Notes under the pieces: model-generated
Databases searched by the model: none
What the model saw: the letters and a program-made list of their open reading frames with translations, nothing else
Told to the model about the DNA's origin: nothing
Made by a program: the position numbers and the translations under genes
Virus record (IMG/VR): IMGVR_UViG_3300010355_000152
Location: 1 to 35,449 of that record
Strand: one strand, 5' to 3'
DNA from: a virus
DNA: 35,449 bases
In this document: positions 28,444-35,449 of the stretch, in pieces
Position numbering within the stretch: the first letter of the stretch is position 1
Layout: each line of letters starts with the position of its first letter

Positions 28444-28643
28444 AATTTGTACTTAATTACTCAAGTACTACTTTGTATTTTTACCCAACAAATATGCCAA
28501 GGTTAATGCTTGATATACTGTTAGATTGTTGTCTATTACTGCTCGTTCTAAATCAGGAAGTGTAAGAAGTTTAGTTTTATTTATCCAAATAAAATGTAAT
28601 TTATCATACACATAATACTGACCATTTTCCCATTTTGTTTCCA

Positions 28644-28988
28644 TTATCCATTACCAACTTTAAAATCACCGCCAACACTAATATTACTGTTATTAACAGT
28701 ATTACTACCATTTTGTGTATACATAGCAAGAATTAACAGACAATATAATTTTGCCTCATTATCATTTAACTGATGAACATATTGATTATTAAATGACATA
28801 CCAATATGATACATAAAATCAGCCTCATGACCGTCACATTGAACAGTTGATATTTGATATATTTCATCTCGTCTAAATGGTGGTTTATAACCTATCCACC
28901 AATTACGGATTTCTCCATTACTAAATTTTATATGTGCTGACATAACTATTGTTTTTATAATTAAAAGATTGAGAAAAAACCAATGCAC
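28644..28988 (-). CDS. Hypothetical protein
   Basis: ORF; real start may be MSAHIKF internal. Confidence 0.5.
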   Translation of the reverse strand: MHWFFLNLLIIKTIVMSAHIKFSNGEIRNWWIGYKPPFRRDEIYQISTVQCDGHEADFMYHIGMSFNNQYVHQLNDNEAKLYCLLILAMYTQNGSNTVNNSNISVGGDFKVGNG

Positions 28989-29091
28989 TTATGCCCTACT
29001 AGTTAGGCGGCCAGACAAAACCTCAATTATCTTAAATAATAAACCTCATGAAGATTTATTAATACATAAGATTTTTTATCACTATCACACA

Positions 29092-29952
29092 CTATTGTAT
29101 TGAATCATAGTATTCCATTACTGGAATAAGATCTTGAACGGATACATCTTTCTTACAACCAATATTAATTGTGTTCAAAGATACTTCCCATGCCATACCT
29201 GTAAAGTTATCAGGATTACTGGTATATTGAAGTTTGATCTTGGTCATGTTTATAATACGATATAAATCATGTTCATTAATCCACATATTTTGACTTGGAA
29301 CATAAATACCCTTTTTAGATACTTCAACAATAAGTATATCACACAAATGTCTGACATTAAACTGTTTTAGATTATTATTGTATTGTTCTATCTCTTCAGG
29401 CGTAGCATGTCGAATACCCGAAAGTTTTATATCACCCCCATTTCTTGGATTTTTAGAGGTAATTACAAATGTTTTTCTAACTTCTTTTATTTGTACAATA
29501 TCTCCTACTTCTAAAGTACATGATGATGTTACTTTAGGATCAACAATCACTATAATATCTCCTACTTTAAAGGATTCTTCATAAACAGGTGTGCACCATA
29601 AATCAAGTACTTGGGCATCATATAATCGTTGTTTAGCAATACTATTTGCCCTAAAATGACAGCCGTCATGAATATCATTTAAAGAATATTTTGTTACTTC
29701 TGTTACTTTTGCTGCAACATTAGCAAATTCTGGTTTGACTAAATAACCAATGATTTTTTTATCATTCATGTTTAAAAACTGTTGAAGTGTAATAGTTTTA
29801 TATTCTTTATTTCTTTCTGCCGGATTCCAATGACCACCACCACTAATTGTATAGCGTAAAGAAGGACAATCGCCAGTCCAGAATGGTTCTCCAATACTTT
29901 TAAAATAATCTGATAATTCTTTACACCCTATAATGGCCCAATTATTATTCAT
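29092..29952 (-). CDS. Hypothetical protein, paralog of 18874..20130
   Basis: ORF; shared HATPEEIEQYN and cysteine-containing C-terminal motif. Confidence 0.7.
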   Translation of the reverse strand: MNNNWAIIGCKELSDYFKSIGEPFWTGDCPSLRYTISGGGHWNPAERNKEYKTITLQQFLNMNDKKIIGYLVKPEFANVAAKVTEVTKYSLNDIHDGCHFRANSIAKQRLYDAQVLDLWCTPVYEESFKVGDIIVIVDPKVTSSCTLEVGDIVQIKEVRKTFVITSKNPRNGGDIKLSGIRHATPEEIEQYNNNLKQFNVRHLCDILIVEVSKKGIYVPSQNMWINEHDLYRIINMTKIKLQYTSNPDNFTGMAWEVSLNTINIGCKKDVSVQDLIPVMEYYDSIQ

Positions 29953-30003
29953 TTGTAAATATTCTTGTAGAGTGATAATTCTTTCTTTTGGTTTATAGCA
30001 AAG

Positions 30004-30153
30004 TCACATCCAATTACCATTATCATCAATGGTATAATATTCTTCAAAGTCATTTCCTATAACAATTTTAAAAGGTTTTTCATCAATTAACTTTTGTTGT
30101 GCTACCCATTGTGCAAATTCAACAGATCCTTTAATACACCAGTTGTTTTTCAT
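30004..30153 (-). CDS. Hypothetical protein, 49 aa
   Basis: Manual translation MKNNWCIKGSVEFAQWVAQQKLIDEKPFKIVIGNDFEEYYTIDDNGNWM. Confidence 0.5.
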   Translation of the reverse strand: MKNNWCIKGSVEFAQWVAQQKLIDEKPFKIVIGNDFEEYYTIDDNGNWM

Positions 30154-30178
30154 ATTTTTAATTTAAAATTTTAAATAG

Positions 30179-30252
30179 TAGCGCCAGTTAGATTCAAACT
30201 AACATTTCTGATTTGAAAAATCAAGCGTCCTAATCAGTTAGACGATGGCGCC
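30179..30252 (-). tRNA. tRNA-Glu(TTC), slightly irregular anticodon arm and T-loop
   Basis: Acceptor GGCGCCA/TGGCGCT, D-arm GTCT-AACTGATTA-GGAC, TTGAT-TTTTCAA-ATCAG, T-stem GTTAG/CTAAC. Confidence 0.75.
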
Positions 30253-30302
30253 ATAATATAAAAATATAATTTTAGTCTACATCCAAAATTATTAAAATGA
30301 TG

Positions 30303-30386
30303 TTGATAATATTCTCACTATATTACTGTGGTGTTACACAAACTCAATTATATAATTGAGGAACCGGCAATCTTGAATATTATCAA
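30303..30386. ncRNA. Candidate structured RNA closed by a 12-bp perfect inverted repeat with a nested 18-nt palindrome
   Basis: TTGATAATATTC (30303..30314) and GAATATTATCAA (30375..30386); internal CTCAATTATATAATTGAG. Confidence 0.4.
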
Positions 30387-30771
30387 TTTTAAAAACTATC
30401 TGTGCATTTCCAAGTGCAATAATTACTATCTTGTATTCAAATCATAAGTCAAGAATATTACGCCATCTTATGAAGTTTTGTACCTCTCTGTGTACATTGG
30501 TATAACTTAGTAATTATTCTACCATCAACAACATCTGCTTGGACAGATTGTAATATATGCTAAGGCATCATATTACTGTTGACATTCGACAGATAGTATT
30601 ATTTTTTACATAACAAAATCATTACAAGAATCTTCAAAGTCGTCTCTTTCCTTTTTACTCATATTCTTGTTATTTTCCTCCATTTTTTGAAGATCACGAA
30701 TCTGCTGAATAGCAAATGCTTTATCTTCTGGATCCATTTCAGAATTATTTAAAATATCCTGAATCATTTGT

Positions 30772-31077
30772 TCATACGTTTTCATTTATAATAAATATAT
30801 CTTTTTTAGATAAACGCAATATTGCCTTACCTTTAAATATCTCCTGAAGAACAGGAGAATTACAATCGGCCATTACATCAATAGAATAAAGTTTAGATAA
30901 TCTTTCTATTGTCGATAAGTTAGGATTATTTACCAACCAATCTTCAATAGGAATAGCAGATTCTAAATCCAATTGTCTATATGTTGTCATATCAATCACA
31001 TCATCGTTAAGTTTGATTTGTTTGTTAGCAAATCTCTGCCTTAACTCTGATGCAGGTATCATTAATTCAGAAATCAT
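30772..31077 (-). CDS. Hypothetical protein
   Basis: ORF. Confidence 0.5.
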   Translation of the reverse strand: MISELMIPASELRQRFANKQIKLNDDVIDMTTYRQLDLESAIPIEDWLVNNPNLSTIERLSKLYSIDVMADCNSPVLQEIFKGKAILRLSKKDIFIINENV

Positions 31078-31806
31078 GATATTCTTTTTAAAATATCCAG
31101 ATAAGCATTATGCTTAGCAATCAGAATTAATCTGGAATCACCATTACTATTTTCAATCATAGTGTTTAATGCTTTGACCTGATCTTCTAAATATACTTTT
31201 AATTCTTGTATGTTCATAATATTTATTTATAAAATTCAATATCAATACCCCAATATAACCACCACAAAACAATCATTTTCATATTGCCATGTAATATAGT
31301 AATTCTTGGTAATACTTCTAATTGATTATCAGAAAAAGAATTATCAAGTTTTATTTCTATATTTAATTTAAATATTTTAAATTTGTAGTACATAATTATA
31401 GATTTATAAATTAAAATTTGTCCCTTCCCATTTACTGTTTAATGAGACAACTCAATTTACCAATAGTATGCTAAGTGAAGTGAGCATTTGAATTATTGGA
31501 TTTGGTAAGAGATACTAATATTCGAGTTACAGAATTTCTGACGATAATTCTATATTAGTATGTATTTTCTTAATTTCTTTTTTGTTTTTCTCGGAAGATT
31601 TTTAGAACCTTCATATAAAATATCAAAACTGGAAATACCAGAATCATATTGTATGTACAGTGCTTTATTATTGAGCATTGTAACTTTTTTTAAAAACTGA
31701 AATAAGTGTTGCATAATAAAGATTTATAGTTTAAAATTTAGTTTCTACGCATACACTCTCCTATCTCCTATGAAACTAATAAACAGTCTCGCGCGTCTTA
31801 TATTTC

Positions 31807-32184
31807 TTATGTATGAGAATGTCCACAAGATGAACATTTCCTTACTACTCTCATTACTGGCTGACCAACTTTAGACCATGTGGTTCCAGATTGACCATAA
31901 TCACCACCAAAATCTTCTGAACCAACCCATGTATTTTCTAATGCCTGTCCATCAGACATTAGACCACCACATACAAAACAAGTATTTTTAATAATCTCTT
32001 GTATTACTTGTGATGTAATAAATGATGGAAATATCCATTCTAATTCAAACAGCGGGTTGTTACCACCGATTTTATTAAAAGAATTAAACAAAGATTCTTT
32101 TGCTGCTATTTTACTAATATTAAAATTATCAAATGTTATAACAACAATATTTGATTTTACGTTGTGATGAAAATTAAATTGCAT
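31807..32184 (-). CDS. Hypothetical protein with CxxC pairs
   Basis: NTCFVCGG...VRKCSSCGH. Confidence 0.55.
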   Translation of the reverse strand: MQFNFHHNVKSNIVVITFDNFNISKIAAKESLFNSFNKIGGNNPLFELEWIFPSFITSQVIQEIIKNTCFVCGGLMSDGQALENTWVGSEDFGGDYGQSGTTWSKVGQPVMRVVRKCSSCGHSHT

Positions 32185-33705
32185 ATCCGTTACAATTTTA
32201 AGTGTTAATTAATATTCCCATATTTCTATGGGCTGCACAATATTATATAAAGTTAATTACTCTTTATATAATTAAGATTATATATCATATAGGTAGTGCT
32301 TTTCACATTTAAAATGCCTTAGCGGCTGTTAACCTATTAACAAAATATAAAATTCAAAGTTTCCAACTTTGATGCCTTCATTGAGTATAGGATACTAAAT
32401 ATATGAAGTACGCACGAGATTATACTTCCGTTAGACGCCAGAACTGATATTTATATCAGTCTTTATATTATAACTCAACTTATCCAATTTAATGGCTCAT
32501 ATCATCCATTTCTGGTGAGTATATAACCACGTTGTTTAAGGTACAACTGTGGAAAAACCTATAATATCCGCAATGTTCTACATTGTATATGAAATACAGA
32601 GAGTGTATGCTTATCTCTTTACCAGACTCTTAACTGAATTTGTGTATTACCCTATTGGACAGGTATTATATTTTTACTAATCACAAAGACATCTCAAAGA
32701 TACTTTATTAGCATAACTCACCACAATTCAAAGATTGCAGAATATTGTAAAAGTTCTTAGGAGTATATTTGCCCAACCGTAGTCAGGCCTTATTCTTTAA
32801 CAGTCTGCGTGAAATGCGCCAATCATAATTGGTACAATAATAGGTGCAAATATAAACATACATGCTATAATTACTATATCATTAGTAGTTTTAGTTGGTG
32901 GTTCACCATTTGCAAGAAATCCTATCATGTATAGATAGCAAACAATACAATATAATGTTATCATGATTTTATTTATTATTTTAGTTTAAAAATACAGTTG
33001 ATCTGACTGATTACACAATTGTAACTGACCAGATAGTACCTTTTCTCCAGCAACGTAGCAACTATATTACAATCAGTGTGCTGTCAATCATTGATATTAT
33101 AATATACGGTATAATCATCCTAACTAATGATGGTGAGATGCCCTAAGACAGTTGCCCACTTCCATCTAAAATTGTATATATAATGATGAGAACATCTACA
33201 CCATACTTCTGAATTGTTATAATAATTTAAAAATAACAGGTAAAACAATCAGCAAAGACTAATTGACAAACCCTGTTCAATAATATATCATCATCCTGTT
33301 AATTCAGGTTTCAACTGTTGATTTCCACACCTATAATTGTTAAATAACAATCAGGTAAACAGTTTCTATATTATTGTTTGTATTCTTTCCTCTGCTTGTA
33401 TAATTATAGAAACTCTATGACTACTCCTTTCTTTCGTGAAATAGTATTTTCTACACATACTCGTTAATTATACTCGGAACTTGGAATCCGTATATTAATA
33501 TATTTTGCTTGATTAGCCAAATCTTGTTTCTTATCTATTAATCTAGATTTAAACTATTTCCCGATTTGGAATATTAATATAGTAGCATTATAGAATGGTT
33601 ATTTACTATTCTCGAAATAACCAAAGAGATATTTATTTATTTAATTCTTTGGATAATTTCTTTTCATATTTATCTAATCCAAATGCTGAATGTAATGTTG
33701 GATAA

Positions 33706-33891
33706 TCATTGTAAATCTGCTAATACATCAACCAATGCTGATCTGTATAATGGTATTTTTTCATATTTATCCTTGGTTGCTTTAACAGCAATTGCCCAAT
33801 TATCGGATGCTGTATTTGTATTGTGTGTTACTAAACACATATAATATCCTTCCAGAAATCCTGTGATTTCAATACCTCTAATTTCTTTCAT
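33706..33891 (-). CDS. Hypothetical protein
   Basis: ORF. Confidence 0.45.
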   Translation of the reverse strand: MKEIRGIEITGFLEGYYMCLVTHNTNTASDNWAIAVKATKDKYEKIPLYRSALVDVLADLQ

Positions 33892-34178
33892 ATCTTAACA
33901 ATAGTTTTATTGTGAGGTGTTGTATTCTTAGGTATAAATCTAATGTACATAGTATCATTAATAGAATACATATCAACACTATCGCCCGGTTGAATTTGAT
34001 TGAACTCTTCTGGTAAATCTAAAAACTTGTTTCTATTATTTCTTTCCCATATAGGATCAAGAATGAATAATTGAGTTAAATCTCCAAGCACAATACCGAA
34101 GAATATCATTAATACGCTATATGATTTTTTCATTGTATTTCGTCTAATAAGTTTAATATTATAGGAATAATTAAACAA
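33888..34178 (-). CDS. Hypothetical membrane-anchored protein
   Basis: Hydrophobic KSYSVLMIFFGIVLGDLTQLFIL; the start may be the internal MKKSYS. Confidence 0.5.
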   Translation of the reverse strand: MFNYSYNIKLIRRNTMKKSYSVLMIFFGIVLGDLTQLFILDPIWERNNRNKFLDLPEEFNQIQPGDSVDMYSINDTMYIRFIPKNTTPHNKTIVKI

Positions 34179-34456
34179 AACAATCCTACAATTATAATTA
34201 CTGCTGCTATTTGATACATAGTGACCTTAGAATAAGGCGGCTGCGCCGCCACAATAATATATTATTAACAGAAAGAATGATATTGATCTGACCATATTCA
34301 TCAAGGAATAATTAAACTCCCCAATAACTTTACCAGATAGTATGTTTCCTAACATAGCAATACCATTCTTCTGTTTATTATAACAAGTAAGCAGGTAAAA
34401 CTAAAATAGTTTCATGTGACTAAAGAGGTAGAAACCCTTACTTACTTGTTAATATC

Positions 34457-34561
34457 TTATTTACCCTTCAACATTTGTTTTTTAACAATCTTATTAATCT
34501 TCTTGAGATCAGCAGTGAATGTTGAAAGATCAATGTAGATATTCTCGAATGGACGATACAT
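34457..34561 (-). CDS. Hypothetical small protein, 34 aa
   Basis: Manual translation MYRPFENIYIDLSTFTADLKKINKIVKKQMLKGK. Confidence 0.4.
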   Translation of the reverse strand: MYRPFENIYIDLSTFTADLKKINKIVKKQMLKGK

Positions 34562-34678
34562 GATACTTAGAGTTTAATAAGTTAAAAGAATAGTACCACA
34601 AGATCATACTAAGTTTAACTATTTCATGTGTTCAGGACACACTCATAGATGTTTTAAACTTGTGGTACTAATGTTTAT

Positions 34679-34810
34679 TTAGCAGAATGAGAATGTATGC
34701 ATTACTCCATTCCATGAGTATGTTACATCATCATCAGAAATAGAGATAATCCAGAATTGATCTTCGGGTTTAACTCCTAAATGCTGTTTAACTAATTGTG
34801 CAATACTCAT
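34679..34810 (-). CDS. Hypothetical small protein, 43 aa
   Basis: Manual translation MSIAQLVKQHLGVKPEDQFWIISISDDDVTYSWNGVMHTFSFC. Confidence 0.45.
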   Translation of the reverse strand: MSIAQLVKQHLGVKPEDQFWIISISDDDVTYSWNGVMHTFSFC

Positions 34811-34864
34811 GATATTTGAGAGTTTATGAAGGGTACTCCCAATTAAGAGAGTACCCATTGTGGT

Positions 34865-35203
34865 TTATGCAAAATCAGTGTATTCTGCTGCTTTTGCTTC
34901 AGTCAGAGTGCCTGGTTTATCTGTGATTTTAAATCGTTGTTCACCTGTAGCATTTGTTGTATCTGCAACATACAGATCATTGATAGGCAATGCTTGACCT
35001 ACTTGAACGCCTTCTCCATATTCCTTTGCAAGATATAGATTTTCCGAGTGTTGAGCATTATTCTTATCAACGAGTGTGATGAATGGATAGCCGCTGGCAT
35101 TCTTACGAACTTTGGACGCACTGGTAAAACCATTTTGCTGTGCGTAGGTAATCAATTTAATACGTGTGGACATGAGTTGAAATTTAATTGTGAATTTGAA
35201 CAT
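34865..35203 (-). CDS. Hypothetical small protein (start probably the internal MSTRIKLITYAQ)
   Basis: ORF with regular codon usage. Confidence 0.55.
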   Translation of the reverse strand: MFKFTIKFQLMSTRIKLITYAQQNGFTSASKVRKNASGYPFITLVDKNNAQHSENLYLAKEYGEGVQVGQALPINDLYVADTTNATGEQRFKITDKPGTLTEAKAAEYTDFA

Positions 35204-35449
35204 CTGGAATAGATGTTCGATTTTTTGAATATTGTGTGATTTGAATTGGGATAGAAATGGTTGGTTGAATAATAGACTAAACTATCATCAATTAGACTAA
35301 AAACATCCTAATTATTACTTCACTCTGTATTTAACAGGCTTGTGACTGTCATACACCTTATATATATGGTGTAAGGCTACATTAAAGTAAGGAACAGAGG
35401 ACTGATGATCTGGTATTTTACTTTAGTTAAAGCAAGTGGCTGGTTCCAC

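Noticed and set aside
1-35449. Stop-codon reassignment (TAG or TGA recoding) as seen in some crAss-like phages
   Set aside because: Apart from the six CGGA breaks, genes run full length under the standard code and use ordinary stops. No suppressor tRNA for a stop codon was seen.
1-35449. CRISPR array, toxin-antitoxin pair, diversity-generating retroelement or retron
   Set aside because: No regular repeat-spacer pattern, reverse transcriptase or convincing toxin/antitoxin pair was seen.

Overview
The window is a 35.4 kb AT-rich segment of a tailed-phage genome, probably a crAss-like or other Bacteroidetes phage. The taxonomy is inferred from gene content, not searched. Almost all genes are on the minus strand. 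It carries a replication/nucleotide module (uracil-DNA glycosylase, ABC-type ATPase, DnaG-like primase, Sak4-like ATPase, DnaB-like helicase, nucleotidyltransferase, family B DNA polymerase, SF2 helicase). This is followed by many small accessory genes and a tRNA/noncoding-RNA-rich tail. Main discovery candidate: six separate genes, at least five of them core replication or nucleic-acid enzymes, are broken in the ORF track at the same kind of site. Each is restored by a +1 shift at an in-frame CGG codon followed by A, with CGGA decoded as a single glycine (five sites TCC-CGGA, one site GCA-CGGA). The shift rebuilds the Walker A motifs GATGSGKS (DnaB-like) and AHTKAGKT (Sak4-like), the HTGLGKT motif of the SF2 helicase, the zinc-finger/core junction of the primase, and the exonuclease domain of the DNA polymerase. 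The same window encodes a tRNA-Gly-like gene (24470..24540, minus). Its anticodon loop reads 5'-UUUCCGA-3', so U34 C35 C36 G37 is the exact complement of the quadruplet CGGA, and it has bacterial glycine identity elements (G1:C72, C2:G71, C35, C36, U73). I propose a phage-encoded +1 frameshift or quadruplet-decoding tRNA that gates translation of its replication genes. One in-frame TCC-CGG-A (10127..10133) continues without a shift and is a counter-example or inverse-regulated target. The main alternative, a systematic base-calling insertion, must be excluded from reads.
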